Shown piece after piece: positions 49,618-60,391 of a DNA stretch of 64,000 bases; the first letter of the stretch is position 1; every line of letters starts with the position of its first letter. Source of the stretch: Candidatus Poseidoniaceae archaeon (lineage in GTDB: Archaea > Thermoplasmatota > Poseidoniia > Poseidoniales > Poseidoniaceae). The stretch covers positions 141,382 to 205,381 of the forward strand of contig JBJLBB010000006.1 of the NCBI GenBank assembly GCA_045568435.1. The letters are read 5' to 3'. The notes under the pieces are model-generated. The model searched no databases. It was not told where the DNA came from and was given only the letters and a program-made list of their open reading frames with translations. The translations under genes and the position numbers were made by a program.

Positions 49618-50519
49618 ACAATCACCTCGGCAGCACGCTCGATATTCGGCTCTAATTCATCGAAATCAAGATTGAATTCTGCTTCGAAGGATGGTTGATT
49701 GCTGGCACTTTGTTTCGCTCTTTCTCTCAGTAGTGAAATTGTTGAGATTTTCGGTGAATACTCTAGGATTTCCATTGTTCCATCCATTGCTTCTGCGATT
49801 GCGGTACAAGATTCCAACCAATCTCCGTCATTCCAATATTCTACGCCGTTTTTTACTCGGAATTCTGCTTTGTGAATATGTCCACAAACTACTCCATCAT
49901 ATCCGAGTCTCGCGGCTTCTCGTGTTACAGTATTAACATAGTTTTTGAATGTCCTGGAATTACTTTGCATCGCCCTTCTAGCAGCGGTTGCTAATGACCA
50001 CTGGGGCAGTTTTAGCAATCGCCTAGCCCAAGCAATAGGGCGGTTTATTTTCATCAATAATTGAACGCTAAAGTGGCCTAAGTGGCACAGCCAGCGATGG
50101 TTTTTGATAAATAAGTCAAACTCATCTCCATGTATTATCCATAGATTTCGACCGTCTGCAGTAGTGTGTTCTGCTTGATTTATTATTTCTATGCCATGAA
50201 TTTTTGTTGAACACCAATCGCGGAATGCCTCATCATGATTGCCGGGTATGTAGTAAATCTGAGTGCCTTTATTGGCTTTTGAAATCAAATTTTGTATTAT
50301 TAGATCTTCAGTTTCTGTCCAATGCCACTTCTTCCCTTTGCACCAGTGGTCAATAATATCACCAACAAGGTAGATTTTCTCTGCGTCATGAGATTGTAAG
50401 AAGGCTAACAGCTTATCGCTTTGAACGCCTTTAAGTCCAAGATGGCAATCTGAAATGAATAACGTTCGATAATGTGTGGCCTCTAGTAACAGAAATAGCG
50501 CCCCGTTTGGGCTAATCAA
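49614..50519 (-). CDS. PlcP/LpxH-like metallophosphoesterase (phospholipase C-like)
   Basis: YRTLFISDCHLG, YLVGDIID.W, YIPGNHDE, IHGDEFD, VVCGHIH and YWNDGDWLESCTA. Confidence 0.85.
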   Translation of the reverse strand: MISPNGALFLLLEATHYRTLFISDCHLGLKGVQSDKLLAFLQSHDAEKIYLVGDIIDHWCKGKKWHWTETEDLIIQNLISKANKGTQIYYIPGNHDEAFRDWCSTKIHGIEIINQAEHTTADGRNLWIIHGDEFDLFIKNHRWLCHLGHFSVQLLMKINRPIAWARRLLKLPQWSLATAARRAMQSNSRTFKNYVNTVTREAARLGYDGVVCGHIHKAEFRVKNGVEYWNDGDWLESCTAIAEAMDGTMEILEYSPKISTISLLRERAKQSASNQPSFEAEFNLDFDELEPNIERAAEVIV

Positions 50520-50574
50520 GGAGAATACTATATTTCACCCCAAAGAAAGTAAGTCGTAGTATATAGGATATATA

Positions 50575-51690
50575 TCAACCAAATCTCCCTGAAATATACC
50601 TAGCAGTCAATTCTTTTGATGGGTCGCCAAAAATTTTCGAGGTCTTGTCGAATTCAACTAGTCTGCCGAGGTACATGAAGCCGGTATAGTCACTTACACG
50701 TTGAGCTTGACTCATAGAGTGAGTAACAATAACCACTGTGAAATGTTTTTTCAGTTCCAAAATTAATTCTTCAATTTTTGCCGTAGCAATAGGATCTAAT
50801 GCTGAACAAGGTTCGTCCATAAGAATTACTTCGGGTTCAACTGCAATTGTTCTAGCAATACAAAGTCGTTGTTGTTGTCCACCGGATAGACTGGTGCCCA
50901 ACTCATGGAGTCTGTCGTTAACTTCGTCCCAAATTGCAGCACGTCGCAATGACTCTTCGACTATTTTATCCAACTCCCTCCTACTTGGGGTGTAATGAAG
51001 TCTAACGCCGTATGCGACATTTTCGTAAATTGATTTAGGGAATGGATTTGGTTTTTGAAATACCATGCCAACTCTTCGACGGATGGTAACCAAGTCAGCA
51101 CTACGCCCCATTATTTCCTCGCCGTCAAGTTCGACTGAACCGTCCACTTTACAAATTGAGATTAGATCATTCATTCGATTTAAACATCGCAATAAAGTCG
51201 ACTTACCGCAACCGGATGGGCCGATTAGAGCAGTCACTGAATTGCGTTTGAATGGGATGGATACATTGTAAATTGCTTGGGCATTGCCATAGTGTAAATC
51301 TAAGTCCCGAATCCACATATGAGCATCGCCATCGATTTCTAAATCTCTTGTTGAATCTGGTATTTCTTCATGAATATCAGAATCATCGCTCATTTCATCC
51401 GGTAATGATGCTAAATATTCTTTGATGATTGTAGATTCCTCAAAATCTGCTTTGCCATCAATCTTAGACATTGAGGTTAAGATACCTCGAATTTGAGATT
51501 TTTTAGGCTGTTCCGAATCGTTAGAGAGCAGTTGTTTTAGTTGAACGAAAAGTTGTTCCTCCTCGTCAGAAATTTCCCCGTCGGCCGCCATTAGCTCTTG
51601 CAATGCATTGAATAACGACTCATGATTATCACTAATCTCTGTCTCTTCAACGATTTCTTCATCTTCTGTGTTTTCTTGTTTTTTCGTCAT
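50575..51690 (-). CDS. pstB: Phosphate ABC transporter ATPase with a ~120-aa TerB-like N-terminal extension
   Basis: [56 protein letters not shown] and YISGRFG. Confidence 0.96.
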   Translation of the reverse strand: MTKKQENTEDEEIVEETEISDNHESLFNALQELMAADGEISDEEEQLFVQLKQLLSNDSEQPKKSQIRGILTSMSKIDGKADFEESTIIKEYLASLPDEMSDDSDIHEEIPDSTRDLEIDGDAHMWIRDLDLHYGNAQAIYNVSIPFKRNSVTALIGPSGCGKSTLLRCLNRMNDLISICKVDGSVELDGEEIMGRSADLVTIRRRVGMVFQKPNPFPKSIYENVAYGVRLHYTPSRRELDKIVEESLRRAAIWDEVNDRLHELGTSLSGGQQQRLCIARTIAVEPEVILMDEPCSALDPIATAKIEELILELKKHFTVVIVTHSMSQAQRVSDYTGFMYLGRLVEFDKTSKIFGDPSKELTARYISGRFG

Positions 51691-54600
51691 GTGCTTGAAT
51701 ACCTCCTAAAGTGTGCACGGAGTAAAATTGCTGCTGAGTTGACAATAACTAAAGTACCTAACAACACGATTGAAGCGCCAGCAGCTGCGACTTTAAAGCC
51801 CATTTTTGGCATATCTGTCCAGCGATATACTTGAACTGGTAATACGGTGTAAAATCCTCTATCATTAGAGTCTGGTCCAACATATTCTGCCGGATCTGCC
51901 GACATTGGGCCTCGGTCAGCCCATAATGGAATGTTTTGTAAGTGAGGTTCAATACCAGGGAACCAACTAGCAAATCCGTCTAACGATGGAGTATGCTGAT
52001 ATGATACGTAAAAGAAGGCGTCTGGTTCAGTAAATACTGAGGCAACTGCGCCAACCAAAATAAGAGGTGCTGCCTCCCCCATAATTCTTGACATGGCTAA
52101 AATAGTTCCAGTCATCATTCCAGGCATTGCATGTGGCAATACATGGTCTTTAGTCACCTGCCATTTGGTACAGCCTAAACCAAATGCTGCATTTCGTAAT
52201 GATGGTGGAACTGCCCTGAGCGCCTCTTGTGAAGAGATTACAATTGTAGGCATAGCCATCGTTGCCATGGTCATACCAGCGGTCATCACTGTACCCCCCA
52301 ATCCTAGACCAATTCCTCTATCAGTCAAAAAGAGGGCTAATCCAAATAACCCGAATACAATCGCTGGAACTCCAGCAAGGTTAGTAATTAGAGCTTGAAT
52401 TCCTCTTCGGAACGAATTATTTGGTGCATACTCTTCTAGCCAAATTGCTGCGCCAATTGAAAGGGGAATGGCAAACAACATCGTGTATCCCACAACGTAG
52501 ACGCTACCCCAAAATGCCGCCCTTAAACCCGCTTTATACGGTTCTGATGAAGTATAATCTGACCATACAAATGGAATGTGAATATTCATTGGAATGACAA
52601 ACAATGCTATCACCATGACCACCAGTGCCGCAGTCATCCATCCCTCTCGTCCTTTGATTACTAATCCTAATCGGTCTTCCTGAATCTTGTTGGTTCGAGT
52701 CAATTGTAGTGCTGCAATTACCAACTTTTTAGCCCCGACAAACGACATCAATAATAGAACCGCCCCTATAATCCATCCTTCGATTAAAATCCATGAAAGA
52801 GCAATATACCAGACGATTACGTTTAACACCAACAACCCGAAATCTACCAATCCGTCTGCTAGAGGAACATTTTCATCAGGGCGCATCTTGATAATATCTG
52901 AAATTGCAGTAATTAAGGCGATAAAACTCATCAGTGATACTGCTCCACCAATCGTGAATGAGAATGGGACCAATAATACCGGTTGGTTTTCATTAAATGT
53001 ACTAATAAAGATAAGCAATGCTCCGATGAAAATAAGTAGCCTAATTAGAACACCAAATAATCTGCTTAATAGTTCTGAAGAAAATGATAACCATGACCAT
53101 GTTGTTTTCGTTCCAGTATCAAGTTCCTTTGAGCCTAATTTGATGAGCCCTGAACGTATTGATAACAGAGTCCGGTTTGGATATCTAACAACAAAAAACA
53201 TCCCAATTAATCCTAGGTAAGCAAACATCGGCAGATAAGGGTCTCGTTCTTCATACATTTCCAAGCCACTCTCATGTCGATTTGAGGCTCCGCAATATTG
53301 CAGCCATGATAACTGGTCAAGATATCTAATTGTATCACACCATTCTTCTGAGTCCATTATTTGATCTGATACTAGAGAAGTTGCTTTATCACAATCAAAG
53401 TCTGCATATAGTGGATCATTTTGTTTGTATGATTCTGAACATTTTTTCGAATACAGGTCAGAAGTAATTTGCCAAACAACAGGTATTGAGGAGATATTGG
53501 TTTCAGAATAATTAAACAACTTTGCGGCAGAAACCCCTTGCCCTTGAACCAAGTTAGCAATACCGTCTCCGTCGATATCTCTATCTTTTACTTCATCATG
53601 AACTCCATCGCCATCTGCATCGTTTAATGAAATCCATTCACTTATTGACATTGGTTGGTCGCCTGATTCATATCGGCCAACGCCTGGACAATATTTTGGA
53701 TGCCCGATAATAGGATTATCGTCATTATCCCCATCAATATCAAAGTCACAAACATCAATTGTTCCATCGTTATCCAAGTCATCGTCATCGATAAACCGGA
53801 ATTGGAACCAATCTGCGGGAGAGCCAAGAGCAAAATCGCCAACCTCTCTGTATGAGGTTTCTAGAGCGTCATTAGCCGGACCTGATGTTTGAGAATAAGT
53901 GACAGTGTAATTCATCGTATGGTTGACATATAGCCAATTTGTTGTTACCCCTCCTGACGGTTTTAAAGTGATGTGGGAGTCTCTCTCAAAGTAATCCCAT
54001 TGACCTAAAAAGCCGTTTGATAATGAAGGGGCAGCAATTCGACTAGATGTGCTAAAATACGGGCCTGATGGGTCATCCACTAGGTTGACATACACTACAT
54101 CGTGACCTGTATTAGAAATAGTTACTCGGAATTCGGTTGACCGGGTTTTGGTAAAAATTGATGCTTGGATTTCATAGCCATCGTCATTCTTGAATTCTCC
54201 TACAACTGCCTCACCAGTCAAACCTGCTGATAGGATGTATGCTGATGTTTCAGCCTTAGTACAGAATTCTGGGGTAAACATTCCAATATACTCTTGAGGC
54301 CGTAATATCTGTTCTGGAATTTGCTCAATGTCAAGTGGCCGCCATTCCCTATCTGTTTGGTTGTAAATCGAAGCAACTGTTATTTCTGAAAATTCGCCTA
54401 TTCCAGTTGCGCTTCTGTTAAGCCAAATATCTCCATCACCGCGGAAAATTGGCGTTACTGGTGTATAATGTAGCCATAATTTACCATCTTTGAATGCGTG
54501 CGGGTAATCATTGCTGAACTCTAATACACTGTTTAAGAATTCGTCGCCCTCTGCTGAATCCCAACGGAGACCTTTCCATACCCATTGGCTTCCATCATCT

Positions 54601-55379
54601 GAATCGACCCAATAATCTCCCATTCCTGGGGTTGGGGCATCTGGTCGCTTGAAGATGTTGATTCGCTCTTCTTCTCCGGTGCTGTAGCCCTTAGCTTCTT
54701 GACTAGTGCCGGGTAATATGTCTAGAACCTCCCATGGCTCAACAGGTTTGTAAGTATATTCTGCTAAGCCCTCATCACAAAGCGTACGCTCTAAGTCAGT
54801 ATCTAAATCCCATACAGATTGGCCGTCTATGCTGGTAAATATCTCTGAGTCATTTTCTATGCCCATAAAAGCACCGTTAGAGAGTATTGGTCTTGGATCG
54901 TAATTGTCTCGAGTTGCAGCATAGTGAGTTTCTTCCCATTTTGCCTCTATAGTGATATTAGACCGATCTATGCGTAAGTCTGCATCGAAGGGTTCAACCC
55001 TTGCATCGCTAGGTACTGACAAACCAGACGGTATTTGGTCGGTTCTGTACTCTACAGTATTGCCGGAACTATCTAACCAGCTTGTTATGCTGTACGCTTC
55101 CCAAGAAGGATTCCAACTTTCTGCTTTCCAAGAAAGTTGTGTTTGTGCAACTGGTTTACTGCCTTCTCTTATCCCATCAACTTCAATTTCTTGTTCAGGA
55201 ACAAATGCCTCCTCTGTGATTTGTGTCAATAGAGTAACAAGAGCTAAACCGCAAACTAAAGCAATTGAAATAAACACGGATTTGCCAATTTTGGCGGTTG
55301 CATAACGGCGCTTTAACGAGCGTTGTGGAAGCAGGGATGTACCGAAAAGGCCATTGTAATTGCTCAGTCGTTCTCTCAA
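51687..55379 (-). CDS. pstA: Phosphate ABC transporter permease PstA with a very large extracellular insertion (1230 aa)
   Basis: C-terminal core [47 protein letters not shown]-like and LPVQVY.W. Confidence 0.9.
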   Translation of the reverse strand: MRERLSNYNGLFGTSLLPQRSLKRRYATAKIGKSVFISIALVCGLALVTLLTQITEEAFVPEQEIEVDGIREGSKPVAQTQLSWKAESWNPSWEAYSITSWLDSSGNTVEYRTDQIPSGLSVPSDARVEPFDADLRIDRSNITIEAKWEETHYAATRDNYDPRPILSNGAFMGIENDSEIFTSIDGQSVWDLDTDLERTLCDEGLAEYTYKPVEPWEVLDILPGTSQEAKGYSTGEEERINIFKRPDAPTPGMGDYWVDSDDGSQWVWKGLRWDSAEGDEFLNSVLEFSNDYPHAFKDGKLWLHYTPVTPIFRGDGDIWLNRSATGIGEFSEITVASIYNQTDREWRPLDIEQIPEQILRPQEYIGMFTPEFCTKAETSAYILSAGLTGEAVVGEFKNDDGYEIQASIFTKTRSTEFRVTISNTGHDVVYVNLVDDPSGPYFSTSSRIAAPSLSNGFLGQWDYFERDSHITLKPSGGVTTNWLYVNHTMNYTVTYSQTSGPANDALETSYREVGDFALGSPADWFQFRFIDDDDLDNDGTIDVCDFDIDGDNDDNPIIGHPKYCPGVGRYESGDQPMSISEWISLNDADGDGVHDEVKDRDIDGDGIANLVQGQGVSAAKLFNYSETNISSIPVVWQITSDLYSKKCSESYKQNDPLYADFDCDKATSLVSDQIMDSEEWCDTIRYLDQLSWLQYCGASNRHESGLEMYEERDPYLPMFAYLGLIGMFFVVRYPNRTLLSIRSGLIKLGSKELDTGTKTTWSWLSFSSELLSRLFGVLIRLLIFIGALLIFISTFNENQPVLLVPFSFTIGGAVSLMSFIALITAISDIIKMRPDENVPLADGLVDFGLLVLNVIVWYIALSWILIEGWIIGAVLLLMSFVGAKKLVIAALQLTRTNKIQEDRLGLVIKGREGWMTAALVVMVIALFVIPMNIHIPFVWSDYTSSEPYKAGLRAAFWGSVYVVGYTMLFAIPLSIGAAIWLEEYAPNNSFRRGIQALITNLAGVPAIVFGLFGLALFLTDRGIGLGLGGTVMTAGMTMATMAMPTIVISSQEALRAVPPSLRNAAFGLGCTKWQVTKDHVLPHAMPGMMTGTILAMSRIMGEAAPLILVGAVASVFTEPDAFFYVSYQHTPSLDGFASWFPGIEPHLQNIPLWADRGPMSADPAEYVGPDSNDRGFYTVLPVQVYRWTDMPKMGFKVAAAGASIVLLGTLVIVNSAAILLRAHFRRYSST

Positions 55380-57883
55380 TCGTATTCCTCCCTAAAACGA
55401 GTCATTATCCTGTGTCCGACCAAGTTTAATGCTAATGTAATGACAAATAGGTATAATCCAACTGCGAACAATGAATAGTATGGTGTTGTGCCAATAGGTA
55501 ATTCTCCTCCGATTCGTTGAGCAATATATGCAGTCATTGTTTGGGCAGATCTAAACATATTGTCTGAATATACTGCTAATGTTCCCACAGACAATGTCAC
55601 GGCCATCGTTTCACCTATTGCCCTTGATAAAGCGAGAATAATTGATGCCAATATGCCAGAGAGGGCCGATGGAATTGTTACTCTTGCTGTTGTTTCGGTG
55701 GGTGTTGCACCAAGAGCATAAGACGCCTGTCTCAAATTATCTGGCACTGCTCTCAAGGCATCTTCAGATAATGAAGCGATTAGGGGTGTAATCATTATCC
55801 CCACTACAATTGCTCCGTTTAGAGGATTGAATAGTTGGGGTTCTTGCGAGATCCACCCACGTTCGAGAAAAGATATGCCAATGTCTACCACTATTGGAGC
55901 GATGACTACGAAAGCAAAAAATCCGTAAACTACAGAGGGGATGCCTGCTAATAGTTCAAGAATCGGTTTGACAATATTTGCAACTCTAGGGCTGGCATAT
56001 TCGGACAAAAATATGGCTGTACCGAGTCCTAATGGAATGGCGATGACCAATGCACCTAAAGCAACTTGCAAGGTTGTTTGCAATAGGGAATTTACTCCCA
56101 TATGGAGGTTTGAATCTACTGTGACTAAACCAACTGTTGTTATGTCTGTCTTCCACCATGTCTGTGTGAAGAATTCTCCCAATGAGCCATTAACTCGAGC
56201 AACTACATCCAGATACATCAAAAGAATGGTTATTACCACTGCAATATTCATTGCTAATCTACTATCTGAATCAACAACTGCATATTTGTTATTACCTGAT
56301 TGATTCCTTGAGTCGTTGATTACCTTAGCAAACATTAACACTGCTACGCAAAGTGCAATAGTATGACCTATTTGGATAAAATAGAAGTTTGTGAATGAGA
56401 TGAAAAGCGAGAATATCCCTAGACTTAAAGTGGAATAAGGTAACTTTCCATCTAATTTCCAGCCAAAAAATGTCAATATGAAGCTTAATGCAGAGACTAA
56501 AAGAATGATTGACAAACTAGGTGGAACTAACATAGACATGGTACTTATGGTTGCCAAAAATGCAAAATTTGTTCTTAACACTGGCACTATCAAGTCTATT
56601 CGTTCAACTGGAATGTTTACTAACCAGCGAGGTGAAAATATTGTCAATACTACAACTAGGATGGTAATTACTCCCAACAACAGACCGAATTTATCTCTAT
56701 CTGGAGTGTATGGGTTTGGATCGTAAGCATTAGGTAATCCATCACTATCGATATCTTCGTCAATGTTATTTGTGATGCCGTCGCCATCAATATCATTATC
56801 AAGAAGTTTGCCTGCTCCATCAACTTGCTCATTTGCTACTCCATCGCTATCATAGTCAAACGGCAAATCCTTAATTTCCAACTTTCTCAAATTATCGAGT
56901 AAGTCCTGATGTGAATTATTGCCCCCTGTTGTAAAGTCGCTGGTGAAAATATATGATGATACCTCGTTTGAAAAATTATATGATGATGAACTAAAACGTG
57001 AAATTGATTCGCCTTGAAAATCAAAGAATGAGTATTGATCAATGGTGAAGCATCCATCGCTGGTTTTCTCGATACCACGAATAACAAATTCATCTTCAAG
57101 TGACTGGAGTATTGGTTGCCCCTCATTATGACAAAGTGTTACTTGATTGATGTTTATCTCGTCGTTCTTTTTGTAATCGGTGTTATTTTCATAATATGGT
57201 AATAGCGCTTGGTATTCTTCCATGCTGAGTCTAGCACTATCATCACCAACCCATATCGTCACCCACCATTCTCGAGCGAGTTCGGGGTCTTGTTTGTGTA
57301 ATATCAAGGCATTTTCATTATCTGCAATGTATTGTAAGGGTATCTTTGGATTCTCGTCATCCCAATGCTCCGGGTTTTGATCAAAGTATTCAGATAAATA
57401 TGAACGTTCTGAATCTAATCTTGGTCCAACGATTATTGTCCCATCAGCAAGCTGAAAAGCACTGCCTTGTCTATCGCTATCGTCTGTATAGGTTCCGCTA
57501 CTAGAGTCCCACCCGTAGGTATCTATCATTGGGTCAGACAGAAAGACCATGTGTTCCATATCCCAATCAACTATACAAAAAGTGTCTAGCCACAGTGGGT
57601 CAGATAGTTTTCCATCGTCATATATTGCAGCGTCTTTGATACTTGCCTTCAAATCTTCATCCCAATCTTGAGGTGGGGTAAATGAGTCGGCACCGCATGC
57701 AAATCCTCGATAGAATTTCGAACCGGATTCAAATAATACAAACACGATGCCGGCAGTGATCATTACCACGGTAGCAGCAAGGGCAAATAAGACGATACCT
57801 GGGGCACTTTCTTCTACTCTTCCTCGCCAACGCATAACTTGCCCCCCAACATTCTGCGTTGTGTTATGTGATGGCAGAGGCAT
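55376..57883 (-). CDS. pstC: Phosphate ABC transporter permease PstC with a large extracellular insertion (835 aa)
   Basis: Core GLGTAIFLSEY, KPILELLAGIPSVVYGFF, SEDALRAVP, SRAIGETMAV and LFAVGLYLF. The start is uncertain (possibly MRWRG). Confidence 0.9.
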   Translation of the reverse strand: MPLPSHNTTQNVGGQVMRWRGRVEESAPGIVLFALAATVVMITAGIVFVLFESGSKFYRGFACGADSFTPPQDWDEDLKASIKDAAIYDDGKLSDPLWLDTFCIVDWDMEHMVFLSDPMIDTYGWDSSSGTYTDDSDRQGSAFQLADGTIIVGPRLDSERSYLSEYFDQNPEHWDDENPKIPLQYIADNENALILHKQDPELAREWWVTIWVGDDSARLSMEEYQALLPYYENNTDYKKNDEININQVTLCHNEGQPILQSLEDEFVIRGIEKTSDGCFTIDQYSFFDFQGESISRFSSSSYNFSNEVSSYIFTSDFTTGGNNSHQDLLDNLRKLEIKDLPFDYDSDGVANEQVDGAGKLLDNDIDGDGITNNIDEDIDSDGLPNAYDPNPYTPDRDKFGLLLGVITILVVVLTIFSPRWLVNIPVERIDLIVPVLRTNFAFLATISTMSMLVPPSLSIILLVSALSFILTFFGWKLDGKLPYSTLSLGIFSLFISFTNFYFIQIGHTIALCVAVLMFAKVINDSRNQSGNNKYAVVDSDSRLAMNIAVVITILLMYLDVVARVNGSLGEFFTQTWWKTDITTVGLVTVDSNLHMGVNSLLQTTLQVALGALVIAIPLGLGTAIFLSEYASPRVANIVKPILELLAGIPSVVYGFFAFVVIAPIVVDIGISFLERGWISQEPQLFNPLNGAIVVGIMITPLIASLSEDALRAVPDNLRQASYALGATPTETTARVTIPSALSGILASIILALSRAIGETMAVTLSVGTLAVYSDNMFRSAQTMTAYIAQRIGGELPIGTTPYYSLFAVGLYLFVITLALNLVGHRIMTRFREEYD

Positions 57884-57929
57884 TGGACTCTTTTATGTTC
57901 CTAAATATACTATATAGTCATACATAGTT

Positions 57930-57968
57930 GAACCAAGTGGAAGGGGTTGCCCCCTTCGCACTTGATTC
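57930..57968 (-). terminator. Long hairpin with GCAA tetraloop between pstS and pstC (partial terminator or mRNA-stabilising element)
   Basis: Minus strand gaatcaagtgcgaagggg-gcaa-ccccttccacttggttc, beginning 28 nt after the pstS stop. Confidence 0.7.
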
Positions 57969-57995
57969 GGAGGACTTATGTTGACTCTATAGTAA

Positions 57996-60244
57996 TCAGC
58001 TGAAGTCGCCTTCAGCGGAAACTCTACGCCACATCTCTTGCCATGTTGCGTCATCTAGTGGAACGTATCCTACTTCAGAAATCTCGGCGGTTCCGTCTCC
58101 TGAGTAAGCCCAGATTAGGAATGCTGATACTTCGTCCCAAACGTCGTTGTTGACATTCATGTACAGTGGCCTAGAGAGAGGTGCGTAAGATCCGTCTCTT
58201 ACTGTACCTGCGTCTGGAATTACTGCAGTTTCTGTAGTGTCGCCCATACCGTATACATTGTCGTTTGCGACGCCTGCTGCTGATAGAGTTGCTTGATTTT
58301 CTGCATAGTAAGCAAAGCCGAAGTAACCGATTGCAGTTTCATCACCGTTTAGAGTGTTTACCAGTACGTTGTCGTCCGATGATTGAGTTCCTGCTCTAAA
58401 TCCTTGAGATGCTTCATCAAGTATCGACTCGAAGAAGTACTCGTAGGTGCCAGAGGCAGCGTCTGGGTACGCAAGAACAATTTCTGCGTCTGGACAGTTT
58501 GCATTAAGCTCTGACCACTTGTGGGTACTGTCATCGTTGTCACCGTTTGGTGTTACAGAGGACATATCGAGTCCTGCTGCACTTAACTCGGATGCGGTTT
58601 CAGCAGAGAAGATCCATCGTAGTTGAGCAACTGTTAGGCCGCCCATTTCCTGGATACACATATCAGCTGCACCGCCTTTCTTGGTAACCACGGACAATCC
58701 GTCTACAGCGACTACAAGTTGGGTTACAGTGATTGAAGTGTCGCCAACAGCACACTCAACTTGGCCGTTTTCGTCAACGCCGTCTTGTGTTTCTGTTGCC
58801 TTCCAATTTCTGGACATGTCTCCAATATCTACTTGGGAGCCTTTTGCTGAGTTAGCACAAACTCTACCTGCACCTGAAGATGAACCGCCAGATTCTACTG
58901 TGATTGTAGTATCGCCACAAATTTCTGTATATGCTTCAGCCCAAGCTTCCGCAAGTGGCAGAACCGTTGAGGACCCTGCGATTGAGATACTTTGTGCGCC
59001 ACTACAGAATGCGTCGTCAAAGATATCTGAATTTCCACCAGCAGTCATTCCTTTCAGGTATGAATATCTGCTAAAGAACATCTGAGCTTCTTGGTTGTCG
59101 TTTAGGCTAACATATCCTACTTCTCCAACCTTGTCTTGGCCCATTTCGGTGAACAATCCGTACGCCATGAATGGTAGTGTGTTTTCAAGTGAGGCTGCAT
59201 CGATTAATAGGTTCATGAACAATGGCCTGGACAATGGGTTGTAAGATCCGTCTCTAACTGATGTAGCGTCAGGAGCAACCATGTTACCTGCATCGTTTAG
59301 GACTGGTGATGCAGTTAGAGTTGCTAGGTTTTCTTGGTAGTAAGCATATCCGAAGTAACCGATTGCGGTCTCGTCACCGATTAGAGCGTTAACTAGAACA
59401 TTGTCGTCACTGGATTGTTGTCCAGATCTGAATCCTTGTTCAGCTTCGTGTAGAATTGCTTCAAAGAAGTACTCGTAAGTACCCGATGCTGCATCTGGGT
59501 ATGCTAGATTAATTTCAGCATCTGGACAGTCGCAGATAGTTCAGACCACTTGTGGGTGCTGTCGTCGTTGTCGCCGTTAGGGGTGACAGTTGACATGTCT
59601 AAACCTGCTGTTGAAAGTTCGGCTGCAGTCTCTGCGGAGAACATCCAGCGTAGTTGGTCAGGGGTTAGACCGCCCATTCCGTTTACACAGGTATCAGCAG
59701 CGCCGCCCTTCTTCATAACTACGGAAAGGCCGTCAAATGCAACTACAATTTGTCGTGCACTTCTTGATGTGTCTCCAACCAGACAATCCATAGTGTAACC
59801 ATCTTCGTCGATGGCTCTCTCGGTGTCTTTCCAGTCACGAGACATGTCACCAATGTCTACTGGTGTACCCTTTGCAGAGTTTGCACAAACTCTACCTGCG
59901 CCGGAGGAAGATCCACCAGATTCGACTGTGACGGTTACGCCTTCACAAGCCTCTGTGTAATATTCTGCCCATGCTTCTGCAAGTGGTAGAACGGTAGATG
60001 AACCGGCGATGCTAATTGAACCATCTGGCCCACATACAATGGTGCCGACATCGATGGTGCCGTCATCTACTGTTGAGTTGGTGCCGTCATCTACTGTTGA
60101 GTTGGTGCCGTCCCCAGTAGTGGTACCAGGGTCAGTGTTGTCGTCTTTGTCATCGTCATCACTTCCTAGACATCCGGCCATAGCTGAGACCATCATAAGT
60201 AAGATCAGTGTTATTGCTTTCATTTTTATGCTTTGAGTTTTCAT
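57996..60244 (-). CDS. pstS: Tandem double-domain PstS lipoprotein (~750 aa), split by a 1-nt frameshift near 59532
   Basis: ORFs 59504-60277 and 57996-59282 join if one base is restored in tct gc[n] gac tgt cca. The bridge reads CPDAEINLAYPDAASGTYEYFF...IGYFGYAYY, matching the second domain. Lipobox MAGC. Confidence 0.88.
60056..60112 (-). repeat. 24-bp coding tandem repeat (DGTNSTVD) in the PstS linker
   Basis: GGTGCCGTCATCTACTGTTGAGTT x2 plus a partial copy; each unit encodes an N-S-T sequon. Confidence 0.9.
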
Positions 60245-60299
60245 AGTATGCTCTCTCTCGATTCGGGGGTAGTTCACATAGTATTGTGTACTGCCTCCA

Positions 60300-60345
60300 C
60301 AAACTAATTATTTCACTATATTAATATATAGGCATATATATAATT
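60300..60345. promoter_or_regulatory. AT-rich divergent promoter region for pstS and the phoU regulator, with a CTATAT-N4-ATATAG inverted repeat
   Basis: CTATAT at 60316-60321 and ATATAG at 60326-60331, with flanking TATA-like tracts. Confidence 0.5.
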
Positions 60346-60391
60346 GGGGTGTCATGGGTATCTATCCGGAGTCATACGGAGGTGCGTTAAC

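Noticed and set aside
49614-50519. Annotation as lipid A enzyme LpxH
   Set aside because: The host is archaeal, no lpx genes are present, and the context is pst plus glycosyltransferase.
59504-59545. Programmed ribosomal frameshift in pstS
   Set aside because: There is no slippery heptamer or homopolymer at the site, and a single missing base explains it.
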